Shown piece by piece: positions 23,564 to 34,689 of a stretch of 64,000 nt of DNA. Location: contig CAWCAG010000005.1 of the NCBI GenBank assembly GCA_963793425.1, forward strand, positions 192,001-256,000, written 5' to 3'. Every line of letters begins with the position of its first letter. Positions within the stretch are counted from its first letter, which is position 1. The notes beneath the pieces were generated by a model. The model did no database searches. It saw nothing but the letters and a program-made list of their open reading frames with translations, and had not been told where the DNA came from. The position numbers and the translations under genes were made by a program. The DNA is from an uncultured cyanobacterium. GTDB lineage: Bacteria; Cyanobacteriota; Cyanobacteriia; Cyanobacteriales; CAWCAG01.

Positions 23564-23629
23564 AAACCGCCTGAACTCTGTCCAGGCGGGGTGTGGTGTG
23601 AGGAGTGAACGGAAACATTTGTCTCCGCC
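23564..23629 (-). ncRNA. yfr1: Yfr1 small RNA
   Basis: Minus strand: 5' hairpin GCGGAGACAAATGTTTCCGT, ultraconserved ACTCCTCACAC (23596-23606), terminator CCGCCTGGAC-AGA-GTTCAGGCGG-TTT; upstream of trxA as known for Yfr1. Confidence 0.93.
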
Positions 23630-23635
23630 ATATTC

Positions 23636-23641
23636 ATTGTA
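23636..23641 (-). promoter_or_regulatory. -10 box (TACAAT) of the Yfr1 promoter
   Basis: TACAAT about 7 nt upstream of the predicted Yfr1 5' end. Confidence 0.65.
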
Positions 23642-24202
23642 ATCTACAGTCTTTGGTTTCCTCCAGTGTTGGGGTAGTTATTCACGCTAATTTTGCGCTC
23701 TTCAAGGAGAGTTTTTCTTTGAAGACAATAAAGAATAGAAGTTTTCAATAAAGACTAGGGGTGATCTTGTACATATCTTTTCCCGATGCTCCTTGGTAAG
23801 ATTGTTAATATTAATGTAGTAAATTGTTTTGGTTTACTAAAATCTCGAATTAAGATAAATCTGTCTCAGGGAACATTAGGTAGAAAAAATAAACCAATTA
23901 ACCTGGGAATACTTATAAAAAGTAAAGGCATAGTATATACCCCTTGTCTTCTTTTTTTAATTCCTCAAGATGCTCTACCAAACATCGGGGTAGTTATTTT
24001 TTGGCAGCTACCTCCTTTCTGTGCTGAAATCCTTTCCGATTCTGAAATCAAAAATTGCTCCTAAAAGAATTACAGATTGAGATCAGCCTATAGAGAATCG
24101 CTAACAGGAAAAAATCACTGCTTATCCTAACTAATTTAATCATATGTCCTTGAGATGCGTAACGGCTTGCTGAGTTGAGTTAAAGACTTTCGATTTTCCC
24201 CT

Positions 24203-27200
24203 ATGAATCAAAATTACTCTGAGGTGGCAAAAGCTAATATTCTAGTTATTGAGGAAACTCTGTCTGATTTACAGTTGTTAGTGAGTATTCTGACTGGGCG
24301 AGGGCATTTAGTAAAAAGTTTGAGAGACGGTAGGGATGTTTTCTTATCTTTCTTGGTAGAAAAACAAAAGCCTGACCTCATTTTGCTCAATCCGATCATG
24401 TTGATAGGGGATGGCTATGAAATTTGTCAGCAGCTTCAAAGCAACCAACAAACCTCTCAGATTCCTTTGGTTTTAATCCTCAGTGGCGAAAATCACCATC
24501 ATAGAGAAAAAGTCTTTGCCGCAGGTGCAGTAGATTACTTACTTAAACCTTTACAAGAGCAAGAAATTATTAGCCGCGTAGAAAATCAATTACAACTTCA
24601 CTCACTACAGGAAAAACTTTCGCAACAGGGTACAAGGCTACAAAAAGAAATTCGTCTTAACGATGCTTCCGAAGCAATTTCTCAACTTAGGGAAGCCAAA
24701 CTTTACCACCAATCTCAAACCCTAGCTAATTTTAGTGCCAACCTCAAAAGTATTCACCGTTTAAATACCACCAGCTATAGCAACTTTGAAAAGTTATTTG
24801 CTGATTATTTAGAAACAGGTTGCAAAATCTTGGGCAGTTCGACAGGAATTATCAGTCGTGTACAAGGACAAACTTATACTATTTATGCTGTTAAATCTCC
24901 TTTGAAAAGTTTAGTTGCTGATCAACAATTTTCCTTGCAGGATACCTATTGTGTAGAGGTGATTAAGCAGCAACAAACAGTAACTTATTACTATGGAGGA
25001 GCGATCGCTCCTGTCAAGATTAATCCTACCTACGGAAATCTTAAACTAGAATGCTATTTAGGTACGCCTATTTGGGTTAATGGGGAGATTTACGGTACTC
25101 TTAATTTCTCTTCCCATCAAGTTCGGCCTCACAAATTCACACCCCAAGAACAAGAAATTATTGAGTTAATGGCTCAAAGTTTGGGTAAACTTGTCACTTC
25201 CCATCAAATAGAAATTAGGCGCAAAAGAGCAGAGTTAGCCCTGCGGGAAAGCGAGAGAAAGTTACGAAAGCAAAATAGTGTTTTAAGCAAACTAGCCCAA
25301 AATCCGGCTCTTTATCAAGGTGATTTGGCCTTAACTTTGGAAATCATAACTGAGACTATTGCTGATACCTTAGAAGTTGAACGAGTTAGCGTTTGGTTAT
25401 ACGATAAATCCGGTACAAAACTACAATGCCAAGATGCCTTCCAACGTAACACTCAACAACACCATCGAAAAGAAGATTTGTTGGCGGCGAACTATCCTAA
25501 CTACTTCAAGGTATTAGAATCTCAGTGGAATATTGCTGCGGATGATGTTCTTACCAACCCCTACACCCAAGAATTTGCTGCCTATTTTGCTGAGACTAAC
25601 ATCGTTTCTACCTTAGATACTTCCATTCGTTTAATGGGGCAAACCGTAGGAGTCCTTTGTTTAGAACAAGTAGACTATCTTCGTGCTTGGACAGCAGACG
25701 AACAGAATTTTGCTAATTCAATCACTGACTTAATCTCTTTAACCTTAGAAGCTACTGAAACAAGACGTACCCAAGAAGCCCAAAGATTATCAGAAGAAAA
25801 GTTCTCCCTAGCTTTTTATTCCAACCCAGATCCTATGGCTATTGTCACTTTGGTGGGGGGAGAATATTTAGATGTTAATGAAAGCTTCCTACGTAGTTTA
25901 AGTTATTGCCGTGAAGAAGTAATTGGTCTTAGCCCCGGAGAACTAAATATTTGGGTTGAACCTCATGAGCGTACTAGAATAATGCAAACTTTGCAACAAG
26001 AGGGGGCTGTAAGTAAGCAAGAGGTTAATTGGCAAACTAAATTAGGGCAAACAAGAACGGTTTTATTCTCAGCAGAACTAATTTATCTTGAAGGTCAAGA
26101 GTGCCTCCTTTCTGTGGTTAATGATATAACTGAACGTAAGCAAGCAGAAAAAGCTTTATTAGAATTATTTGGCTTAGCAGCCCTGGATGCTGATGTGGGG
26201 GTTGCCTTAACTAAAGGGAAAACTTTAGGGGAAATGCTCAATCTTTGTGCGGGTGCTATCCACAAACATCTTGATGCAGCTTTTGCCCGCATTTGGATTT
26301 TAAATGAAGGAGAAAACCTTCTAGAACTCAAAGCTAGTGCCGGGATGTATACTCACTTAGATGGTTCCCATAGTTGCATCCCTGTAGGTAGCTACAAAAT
26401 TGGTCGGATCGCCCAACGAAGAACCCCCTACTTAACTAATGATGTTGTCAATGACCCCCAAATAAGTGACCCTCAATGGGCTAAGGAGACGGGAATGGTA
26501 GCCTTTGCAGGCTATCCGCTGACCTTTGAAAACAAACTTTTAGGGGTGATTGCTGTTTTTGCCCACCATCCCCTCACTGAAGCAACTTTGCTGGCCATGG
26601 ATTCGATTGCCAATAATATTGCTTTGGGTATTGATCGCTTTCGGGCAGAAGAATCTCTTTCTCGTAGCAATGCTTTGCTAACCTCCCAACAGGAAGCCGC
26701 TTTAGATGGGATTTTAGTGGTGGATGAAAAACAGAACATCACTTCCTATAATCAACATTTTTGCCAGTTGTGGCAAGTTCCTGAAGAGTTATTTGCTGGT
26801 AGTAGCGATCACCAAGTTTTTGCTTGGATTTTTCCTCAATTAGAAAATCCCCAAGGCTTCACAGAAAAAGTAGAGTATTTGCATAACCATCCTCAAGAAA
26901 TTTGTCAAGAAGAAATTATTTGTCGCAACGGGTGCATTTTCGATTTTTATTCTGCTTCTATACAATCCCAAGCTGGGGAATATTATGGTAGAATTTGGTA
27001 CTTTCGGGATATCACAGCACGCAAACGTTCAGAATTAGCCCTGCGGGTAGCCCAACAAAAGTCAGAAAGCTTGTTACTAAATATTTTGCCCCAGGCAATT
27101 GTGAAGCAACTAGAAAACTACGAAGGCTCTATTGCAGAACAGTTTGACGAAGCAACTATTCTGTTTGCTGATATTGTTAACTTCACTGATATTGGTGCAA

Positions 27201-27688
27201 GTGTTTCTCCTTTGGAATTGGTTGACTTACTCAATGATATTTTTTCTACCTTTGATGAACTAGTTGACTATCATGGTTTAGAGAAGATCAAGACCATTGG
27301 TGATGCTTATATGGTGGCAGGAGGTTTGCCGATACCAAGGGCAAGACATCTTGAGGCGATCGCAGATTTAGCTTTAGATATGCAACAAGCTATTGATCGC
27401 TTTCATAATTCCCAAGGAGAAACCTTTCAAATTCGCATCGGCATCCACACAGGTTCGGTGGTAGCAGGGGTGATTGGCATTAAGAAGTTTACCTATGATC
27501 TTTGGGGAGATACGGTTAATGTGGCTTCTCGTATGGAATCTCAAGGGGAAGCAGGGAGTATTCAAGTAACCACAGCTATTTATGAGAAGTTGCGCCACAA
27601 GTACGTTTTTGCTAAGAGAGGAACTCTTTTGGTTAAGGGTAAGGGGGAGATGTGTACTTATTGGTTGATAGATCGCAAACAGGAATAA
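24203..27688 (+). CDS. class III adenylate cyclase with REC-like, three GAF and two PAS domains
   Basis: LFADIVNFT, EKIKTIGDAYM, YDLWGDTVNVASRMES (Lys/Asp pair typical of ATP specificity). Confidence 0.9.
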   Translation: MNQNYSEVAKANILVIEETLSDLQLLVSILTGRGHLVKSLRDGRDVFLSFLVEKQKPDLILLNPIMLIGDGYEICQQLQSNQQTSQIPLVLILSGENHHHREKVFAAGAVDYLLKPLQEQEIISRVENQLQLHSLQEKLSQQGTRLQKEIRLNDASEAISQLREAKLYHQSQTLANFSANLKSIHRLNTTSYSNFEKLFADYLETGCKILGSSTGIISRVQGQTYTIYAVKSPLKSLVADQQFSLQDTYCVEVIKQQQTVTYYYGGAIAPVKINPTYGNLKLECYLGTPIWVNGEIYGTLNFSSHQVRPHKFTPQEQEIIELMAQSLGKLVTSHQIEIRRKRAELALRESERKLRKQNSVLSKLAQNPALYQGDLALTLEIITETIADTLEVERVSVWLYDKSGTKLQCQDAFQRNTQQHHRKEDLLAANYPNYFKVLESQWNIAADDVLTNPYTQEFAAYFAETNIVSTLDTSIRLMGQTVGVLCLEQVDYLRAWTADEQNFANSITDLISLTLEATETRRTQEAQRLSEEKFSLAFYSNPDPMAIVTLVGGEYLDVNESFLRSLSYCREEVIGLSPGELNIWVEPHERTRIMQTLQQEGAVSKQEVNWQTKLGQTRTVLFSAELIYLEGQECLLSVVNDITERKQAEKALLELFGLAALDADVGVALTKGKTLGEMLNLCAGAIHKHLDAAFARIWILNEGENLLELKASAGMYTHLDGSHSCIPVGSYKIGRIAQRRTPYLTNDVVNDPQISDPQWAKETGMVAFAGYPLTFENKLLGVIAVFAHHPLTEATLLAMDSIANNIALGIDRFRAEESLSRSNALLTSQQEAALDGILVVDEKQNITSYNQHFCQLWQVPEELFAGSSDHQVFAWIFPQLENPQGFTEKVEYLHNHPQEICQEEIICRNGCIFDFYSASIQSQAGEYYGRIWYFRDITARKRSELALRVAQQKSESLLLNILPQAIVKQLENYEGSIAEQFDEATILFADIVNFTDIGASVSPLELVDLLNDIFSTFDELVDYHGLEKIKTIGDAYMVAGGLPIPRARHLEAIADLALDMQQAIDRFHNSQGETFQIRIGIHTGSVVAGVIGIKKFTYDLWGDTVNVASRMESQGEAGSIQVTTAIYEKLRHKYVFAKRGTLLVKGKGEMCTYWLIDRKQE

Positions 27689-27763
27689 CGAACCTTAGCC
27701 CCAATAAAAAAGCTGTAGAGACGTAAATAATTAACATCCCTACAGCACATAATAGTATATTTT

Positions 27764-29359
27764 CTACTTAAGCCCCGCTTTGATTTCCGGTGCTTGCAAA
27801 GAAATCATTTGTTGACTCTGCACCTCAACAGCAACAGTCTCCACCAAGGAAGGAACTGAACTCCTTGCCCTCGCAGTTAACTGAGTTGTTGTCGCATCAT
27901 AAATTTGGGTAACTAGCTTAGGATAAAAACCAATACCAATAATGGGAACCAACAAAGAAGCAATAATAAATACTTCCCTGGGTTCGGCATCAATTAAAGC
28001 TTCATGTTCTACCAACTCTTTGTTTTCTGGACCATAAAGTAATTCCCGCAACATGGAGAGGAGGTATATAGGAGTGAGAATCACCCCAACGGCGGCTAGA
28101 AAGACCACCAACACCTTGAAAGTGGGGTTATAGGCATCACTAGTAGCAAAGCCGACAAAAATCATTAATTCCGCGACAAAACCACTCATTCCGGGCAAAG
28201 CTAGGGAAGCAAAGGAACAAGTCGTCCACATCGCAAAAACTTTCTTCATTTTCTGCCCTACTCCCCCCATTTCATCCAACATCAGGGTGTGGGTGCGGTC
28301 ATAGGTGCAACCTACCATGAAAAATAAGCTTGCCCCAATTAGTCCGTGGGAAATCATTTGTAACATCGCCCCACTGGTTCCCAACTCCGTAAAGGAACCC
28401 AAACCAATTAAGACAAAGCCCATGTGGGAAATGGAAGAGTAAGCGATTTTACGCTTTAAATTACGCTGGGCAAAGGAAGTGAGGGCGGCATAAACAATAT
28501 TAACTACCCCCAGAATTACCAAAACCGGAGCAAACACAGCATGGGCATCAGGCAACATTCCCATGTTCATCCGAAACAGGGCATAGCCTCCCATTTTTAA
28601 CAAAATACCAGCTAGGAGCATATGGGCAGGGGCTGTAGCTTCGCCGTGGGCATCTGGCAACCAGGTATGTAAAGGGAAGATGGGCAGCTTCACACCGTAG
28701 GCAATTAAGAAACCTCCATAAAGCAGCAATTGCAAATTAAGGGGAATATCTTTAGCGGCGATCGCCTGCATATCAAAGGTTACTGTGTCGCCATAGAAAG
28801 CCATTGTTAAAGCGCCGACTAAAATAAATAGTGACCCGCCGGCGGTATAAAGAATAAACTTTGTGGCGGCATAAAGGCGTTTTTTCCCTCCCCAAATGGA
28901 GAGTATTAAGTAAACAGGAACTAATTCTAGTTCCCATACCAAGAAAAACAGCAACATATCTTGAACAGCAAAGACAGCGATTTGACCGCCGTACATCGCT
29001 AACATCAAGAAGTAGAATAATCTCGGCTTGAAAGTAACAGGCCAAGCTGCCATTATCGCCAGGGTAGTGATAAAGCCTGTGAGGATAATCAGGGGCATTG
29101 CTAAACCATCAGCCCCTACTGACCACTTCAAATCAAGGGCAGGAACCCAGGAATAGCTTTCTACTAATTGCAATTCAGGATTAGCTAAGTCGTAACCATT
29201 GTAAAAAGCATAAACAATGACGATAAAGTCAATTAATCCCACAATTAAGGCATACCACTTTACGGTTTTTCCATCTCCTTTATCAGGAACAAACGGAATT
29301 AGTAAAGCTGCGGCAACAGGAAAAAGAATGATCGTTGTTAGCCAAGGAAATTCTGTCAT
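27764..29359 (-). CDS. ndhD1: NAD(P)H-quinone oxidoreductase subunit 4 (NdhD1)
   Basis: [33 protein letters not shown]; adjacent to ndhF1. Confidence 0.93.
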   Translation of the reverse strand: MTEFPWLTTIILFPVAAALLIPFVPDKGDGKTVKWYALIVGLIDFIVIVYAFYNGYDLANPELQLVESYSWVPALDLKWSVGADGLAMPLIILTGFITTLAIMAAWPVTFKPRLFYFLMLAMYGGQIAVFAVQDMLLFFLVWELELVPVYLILSIWGGKKRLYAATKFILYTAGGSLFILVGALTMAFYGDTVTFDMQAIAAKDIPLNLQLLLYGGFLIAYGVKLPIFPLHTWLPDAHGEATAPAHMLLAGILLKMGGYALFRMNMGMLPDAHAVFAPVLVILGVVNIVYAALTSFAQRNLKRKIAYSSISHMGFVLIGLGSFTELGTSGAMLQMISHGLIGASLFFMVGCTYDRTHTLMLDEMGGVGQKMKKVFAMWTTCSFASLALPGMSGFVAELMIFVGFATSDAYNPTFKVLVVFLAAVGVILTPIYLLSMLRELLYGPENKELVEHEALIDAEPREVFIIASLLVPIIGIGFYPKLVTQIYDATTTQLTARARSSVPSLVETVAVEVQSQQMISLQAPEIKAGLK

Positions 29360-29554
29360 AAACGTAAGTTTTTGAGTTGGCAAGTGATTAAGACGGGGAG
29401 ACTGGGCTGGGGGACACCGGAGACACCGGAGACACTGGAGACGCTTAAATTTAAAACCAGAGAAGAGTTTTTAAAAACTTACCTATGGTTTTAAAATTTA
29501 TACTGCTTCTCCTGCTGCCTACTCTCTACTCCCTACTCCCAGCCCTTTCGGGCT

Positions 29555-31627
29555 TTATGTTACGCTCGAAACAACAACAAAGCCCAAAACAGCAGCAAAG
29601 ATGATTAAAGCGTAAAATTGGGCGCGACCGTTTTCTAAGTATTTCAAACCTTCACCACTAACAATGGCAGCTAAACCAGTTAAATTAACCGCACCATCTA
29701 CCACCCGGTAATCCACTTCCATGATTTGTCTTGCCAAACGACGCAAACCCTTAACAAAGGCAACTTCGTAGATGTCGTTGAGATACCACTTATTGAGGGA
29801 GAAGTTGTAGAGAGGTTTGATTTTAGAGGCGATCCCACTAGGATCAATAACTTTGCGGGAATACATCAATGAAGCCAAAGTTATACCAATTAAGGCAATA
29901 CCCACAGAGTTACCGGCCATAATCAAAAACTCTGACCACTCAAAATGCGCTGCTTCTGCTAGGGCTTCGGTTGCTGTTTCTGTAGGAGGATAAATAAATT
30001 CCTCAAAAGAATTAGCCCAAGGACGACCAAGCCAACCAATGAAAATTGAAGGGACAGCAAGAATAAGCAGAGGTAGAGTCATGGTTAAAGGAGACTCGTG
30101 GGGTTCACTGCTATGATGTTCTCCGTGAGTATCATGGGCTTCTTCAGATTCAAGTTCCTTAACATTCATCGCCCCAGGACCAAAAGCTGGTGTAGGTTCA
30201 ACCCCAGCTTCTGCTTTTAAAGAAGCACGAATGGCCATATCATTACCACGAAACTCGCCGCCGAAGGTGAGGAAATACATCCGGAACATATAAAAGGCGG
30301 TGATTCCGGCAGTTAACCAACCAATCAACCAAAGCCCTGGGTTAGCGAAGAAAGCACTACCGAGAATTTCATCTTTTGACCAAAATCCAGCAAAGGGAGG
30401 AATACCACAAATCGCTAAAGTCCCAACCAAGAAGGTAAGGTGAGTCATGGGCATATATTTACGCAAATTACCCATTAACCGCATATCCTGGGCAAAAACA
30501 GGATCATGACCAACAACAGCTTCCATGCCGTGAATTACCGAACCAGAACAAAGGAAGAGCATTGCTTTAAAGAAAGCATGGGTCATGAGGTGGAAAAGTC
30601 CTGCTGAGTAGGCCCCAATTCCCATAGCCATAACCATATAACCTAACTGGGAAATGGTGGAGTAGGCTAAACCTTTTTTAATATCATTTTGGGTAATAGC
30701 GATGCTAGCCCCCAAAAAGGCCGTAAATGCTCCTGTCCAAGCAATGGTAGTCATCGCCACAGGAATATCTGCAAAGACAGGGTACATCCTCGCCACGAGA
30801 AAAACTCCTGCTGCTACCATTGTGGCAGCGTGAATCAGAGCAGAAATTGGGGTAGGACCCTCCATGGCATCGGGAAGCCAGACATGGAGAGGAAATTGAG
30901 CTGACTTAGCTACGGGGCCGAGGAAGACTAATATAGCGAATAGAGTAGCTAAACCGGCGGACAAAGAACCAGAAGTTACTAATTCTTGTAGGCGATCGCC
31001 CATAACTTCAAATTCAAAACTGCCTGTAGCCCAATATAAACCAAGCATTCCGAGTAATAAGCCAAAATCCCCTACTCTATTGGTAACAAAGGCTTTTTGA
31101 CAGGCATCTGCGGCTGCTTTACGGTCAAACCAAAAGCCAATTAGTAGGTAGGAACACATTCCCACCAATTCCCAGAAAATATAAATCTGGACGAGGTTTG
31201 GGCTAATAACCAAGCCCAACATTGAAGAACTAAATAAACTTAAATAGGCATAGAAACGTACATAACCTGGGTCATGGGCCATATAACCATCGGTGTAGAT
31301 CATCACCAAAAAGGCTACGGTGGTCACAACAACTAACATCAAGGCGGTGAGATGATCTATGGTATAGCCCATGGCCAGATGAAAGCTTCCTGCTGCTGCC
31401 CATTCAAAAGTACGGGTGAAGGTTTCGTGGCCGTGGATTTGACTCCACAGCAAAGCAAATGACAAAACCATAGCAGCTCCCAGGAGGGAGATAATAAATA
31501 CAGCATTTATTTGCCGTAGGCGATTAGTTGCATTACTGAAGGAAATTAAGCCCAGGCCAACCAACATTGCTCCAACTAGGGGCAAAAGTGGAATAAACCA
31601 GGCATACTGATAAAGCGGTTCCATCAC
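29555..31627 (-). CDS. ndhF1: NAD(P)H-quinone oxidoreductase subunit 5 (NdhF1)
   Basis: MEPLYQYAW, KSAQFPLHVWLPDAMEGPTP, FWSKDEIL, ENGRAQFY. Confidence 0.95.
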   Translation of the reverse strand: MMEPLYQYAWFIPLLPLVGAMLVGLGLISFSNATNRLRQINAVFIISLLGAAMVLSFALLWSQIHGHETFTRTFEWAAAGSFHLAMGYTIDHLTALMLVVVTTVAFLVMIYTDGYMAHDPGYVRFYAYLSLFSSSMLGLVISPNLVQIYIFWELVGMCSYLLIGFWFDRKAAADACQKAFVTNRVGDFGLLLGMLGLYWATGSFEFEVMGDRLQELVTSGSLSAGLATLFAILVFLGPVAKSAQFPLHVWLPDAMEGPTPISALIHAATMVAAGVFLVARMYPVFADIPVAMTTIAWTGAFTAFLGASIAITQNDIKKGLAYSTISQLGYMVMAMGIGAYSAGLFHLMTHAFFKAMLFLCSGSVIHGMEAVVGHDPVFAQDMRLMGNLRKYMPMTHLTFLVGTLAICGIPPFAGFWSKDEILGSAFFANPGLWLIGWLTAGITAFYMFRMYFLTFGGEFRGNDMAIRASLKAEAGVEPTPAFGPGAMNVKELESEEAHDTHGEHHSSEPHESPLTMTLPLLILAVPSIFIGWLGRPWANSFEEFIYPPTETATEALAEAAHFEWSEFLIMAGNSVGIALIGITLASLMYSRKVIDPSGIASKIKPLYNFSLNKWYLNDIYEVAFVKGLRRLARQIMEVDYRVVDGAVNLTGLAAIVSGEGLKYLENGRAQFYALIIFAAVLGFVVVSSVT

Positions 31628-31872
31628 TTGTCTTACTTTATATTTCTTTACTTTTTAGAAGTACTCCTGACATTGTGACATAGACAGACCTTTAAGCAAG
31701 TTTCCATATCTAACACTTTAAGGAAAGAGAATATTTTTGCCTATTAACAAACCCGCAGACTTGCTATGGCAAGGGCGGGTTTTCTCAGCTAAAATAATTA
31801 ATACTTTTTTCAGTTATTCACCAAGTTTTACTCCTTTTTTCTCAGAAAAGTTTACGCTTCTATATTTCAACC

Positions 31873-32214
31873 CTACACAGGGCTGACACTCAACGCTTCT
31901 AAATAAGCTTTGAGGCTAGATTGCAAATCCTCTCTACCCTGGAAACTTTCAATGCGATGCACAACCATTCCTTTTTCTAGTAGAAGAATAGTTGGTAAGT
32001 TACTAAGGCGGTAGGTATTGGCTAATCTGAGGTTTTTATCAGCATTAACCTTGGCTATTTTGAATTCACAGCCTAATTCAGGCTGTAAATCCCGTAGAAT
32101 TGGTGAAATTATGCGACACAAACCGCACCAAGGGGCCCAAAACTCCACAATAACGGGTAGAGGAGATTGTAAAACTTCTTGGTCAAAGTTCTTTTCACTG
32201 ACAGAGATGATCAT
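31873..32214 (-). CDS. trxC: atypical cyanobacterial thioredoxin TrxC
   Basis: Active site WCGLC; lies between nnrU-like gene and ndhF1. Confidence 0.85.
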   Translation of the reverse strand: MIISVSEKNFDQEVLQSPLPVIVEFWAPWCGLCRIISPILRDLQPELGCEFKIAKVNADKNLRLANTYRLSNLPTILLLEKGMVVHRIESFQGREDLQSSLKAYLEALSVSPV

Positions 32215-32363
32215 GATCCCGAAAGTTATAAATGATTTGTTATTAAAATGACTTGAAAATTACGCTAACCCCAATTGGGATCAGCTAGTACAGGCGATTT
32301 TAGCAAAAATTTGTCTTAAAGTGATCAAATTTATAATTGCTAGTTGCCAGTAATCCCAGCTCC

Positions 32364-33080
32364 CTACAAACCTGCCCTCGCTGTTACTACCATCAACCAA
32401 GGATGTCCCCACCACAGCAATAGAGTAAAAGCGACAACTCCTACGTAAGCAGGGCGGAGAAATTCTTGCCATTTTAGGGTTTGGCGATCGCTTAAAATTG
32501 CAGCAAAAGGAACAACAGAAGTTCTAGCTTTAGCAGCGAGAAAGGCTTCTCCGTAGCGCTTTTCTAGACGTTTGTCTCCATGCCAAACGGCGAAAAGATG
32601 ATGGGCTATTAAACCTAGTGAAGTAACAAGGGTAAAAGTCGTACCAATCCAGAGGGTATGGGCAATACACCAAATAACTTGTCCGACCATCTGAGGATGG
32701 CGAGTGATGCGAATAATTCCTGTTTCAAAAAGATGAACTTGAGGCTTTTGGATGGCAGCAATTTCGAGGAGGTTAAAAGTGGCTGGGTAAAGAAACAGAA
32801 AGGAAATAGCAGAAAGAATCCAAACTAGGGTTTTAATTCCAGAAATGCCTTGTACCTGCCAGAGAAATAAGCCGTCATAACGATGATTGAAAAAGTAAGT
32901 GATGAGGATGACAGCAAAAGGAATACTAATTAGGGCAAATATAATTCTATAAAGTCGGGGACTAATTTTAGCTTCTGCCCAAGGGCGCAGGGCTGCTAAA
33001 CCACTATGGGTAAGGGCAAACCCCAAAAGCAGCAAGAGCATAATTCCATGACTCAAAGTTAGCCAGTTTTCTGCTTCCAT
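32364..33080 (-). CDS. NnrU family membrane protein (zeta-carotene isomerase Z-ISO-like)
   Basis: HSGLA.LR, NHRYDG, GIIRITRHPQMVGQ, WHGDKRL. Confidence 0.85.
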   Translation of the reverse strand: MEAENWLTLSHGIMLLLLLGFALTHSGLAALRPWAEAKISPRLYRIIFALISIPFAVILITYFFNHRYDGLFLWQVQGISGIKTLVWILSAISFLFLYPATFNLLEIAAIQKPQVHLFETGIIRITRHPQMVGQVIWCIAHTLWIGTTFTLVTSLGLIAHHLFAVWHGDKRLEKRYGEAFLAAKARTSVVPFAAILSDRQTLKWQEFLRPAYVGVVAFTLLLWWGHPWLMVVTARAGL

Positions 33081-33550
33081 ATAAATATTAATTAAAAGGT
33101 AATTGTTAAAGTATTTTTCATATTAGCGGTTTGGATAAGCAAACTTACACCTATCTAAATACAGAAAAATCGTTTTTTCTTGAAGAAGAAATAATAGACA
33201 AAGCCCTTCTATATCAAGGGTTGCTTTCTTGATATTGTACCTTTAGTTAGCCCTTTAACTAGTCTTGGAGGAAAGACTTTCAATATTTAGTTGATGGCAA
33301 AAAGATTGTCAAGGAGATAATTCTCAAGATTACTTGATCCCCTTGGTATGTTACTGTCAAATTCAGCAAGGTTATAGGCAACATTCACAGCGCCAAAGAA
33401 TTTATCGATCCCGATGAGGCGACGGTGACTATTGGTTGCTTCTGTGCCAATCGGAATTAAGACTAAAAAATCAAGGTATTTTTACCTAATTTTTATTCTA
33501 GACCAAATTCCCTTGGAATCTCTGTTTCCTCATTTTTGATGTTAAGCCCT

Positions 33551-34546
33551 ATGTCTGACATACCTTTTACTTTAGATCAACTCCGCATTCTCAAAGCGAT
33601 CGCCGCAGAAGGGAGTTTTAAGCGGGCTGCGGATAGTTTATATGTTTCTCAACCAGCCGTAAGTCTTCAGGTACAAAATTTAGAAAGACAATTAAATGTA
33701 CCATTATTCGATCGAGGAGGACGAAGAGCGCAATTAACAGAAGCAGGACACTTACTTTTAGAATACGGAGAAAAAGTTCTTTCCTTATGTCAAGAAACTT
33801 GCCGAGCAATTGAAGATTTGCAAAATCTCCAAGGGGGTACTCTAATTGTCGGTGCTTCTCAAACTACAGGAACTTACCTTCTTCCTCGTATGATTGGCAG
33901 GTTTAGACAACAATATCCTGATGTTTCTGTACAGCTACAAGTTCATTCGACGAGAAGAACTTCTTGGAGCGTAGCTAATGGACAAGTAGACTTAGCTATT
34001 ATCGGAGGGGAAGTGCCTCCTGAACTGCAAGATACCCTAGAAGTAACTCCTTATGCAGAAGATGAGTTGGCTTTAATCTTACCGCCTTTACATACCTTAG
34101 CCAAAAATGAATCCATACAGAAAGAAGACCTCTATAAAATACAATTTATTGCCCTAGACTCTCAATCAACCATTCGTAAGGTGATTGATCAGGTATTAAC
34201 TCGTTGTGGTGTCAATACCAAAAGGCTCAAAGTCGAAATGGAGTTAAACTCCATTGAAGCGATTAAAAATGCTGTACAATCTGGCTTAGGAGCAGCTTTT
34301 GTCTCGGTTTCTGCTATAGAAAAAGAACTACAAATGGGCATTCTTCATCGCGCCCAAATTCAGGATTTTGTCATAAAACGAACTCTTTCGGTAATCGTTA
34401 ATCCGAACCGCTATCGTTCTAAAGCCGCAGAAGCTTTTAGCAAAGAAATTCTTCCCCTATTTTCTGGACAAGGAAAGAAATTTGGACTAAACCAGCACTC
34501 AGAGTTAAAAAACTCTAATCAATCTCATATTGTTGCTCCCAAATAA
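33551..34546 (+). CDS. rbcR: LysR family regulator RbcR/Ycf30
   Basis: [43 protein letters not shown]. Confidence 0.88.
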   Translation: MSDIPFTLDQLRILKAIAAEGSFKRAADSLYVSQPAVSLQVQNLERQLNVPLFDRGGRRAQLTEAGHLLLEYGEKVLSLCQETCRAIEDLQNLQGGTLIVGASQTTGTYLLPRMIGRFRQQYPDVSVQLQVHSTRRTSWSVANGQVDLAIIGGEVPPELQDTLEVTPYAEDELALILPPLHTLAKNESIQKEDLYKIQFIALDSQSTIRKVIDQVLTRCGVNTKRLKVEMELNSIEAIKNAVQSGLGAAFVSVSAIEKELQMGILHRAQIQDFVIKRTLSVIVNPNRYRSKAAEAFSKEILPLFSGQGKKFGLNQHSELKNSNQSHIVAPK

Positions 34547-34689
34547 AAACAGGGAGTGGGAAGTAGGGAGCGGGGAGTAGAAATTAGAGATTTAAGATGA
34601 GCCTAATTTAAAGTTATTGAAGCAACAAGCACTCACCTATCAAGAAAAAGACTTATACTTTTAGTGGTTAACACCGGGTTATTTAGTCA

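Noticed and set aside
23786..24064. 92-aa ORF upstream of the cyclase
   Set aside because: No recognisable motifs; AT-rich promoter region; likely spurious.
33370..33460. GC-richer hairpin-like stretch upstream of rbcR as an sRNA
   Set aside because: Only a short attgg/ccaat stem; no recognised family or terminator.
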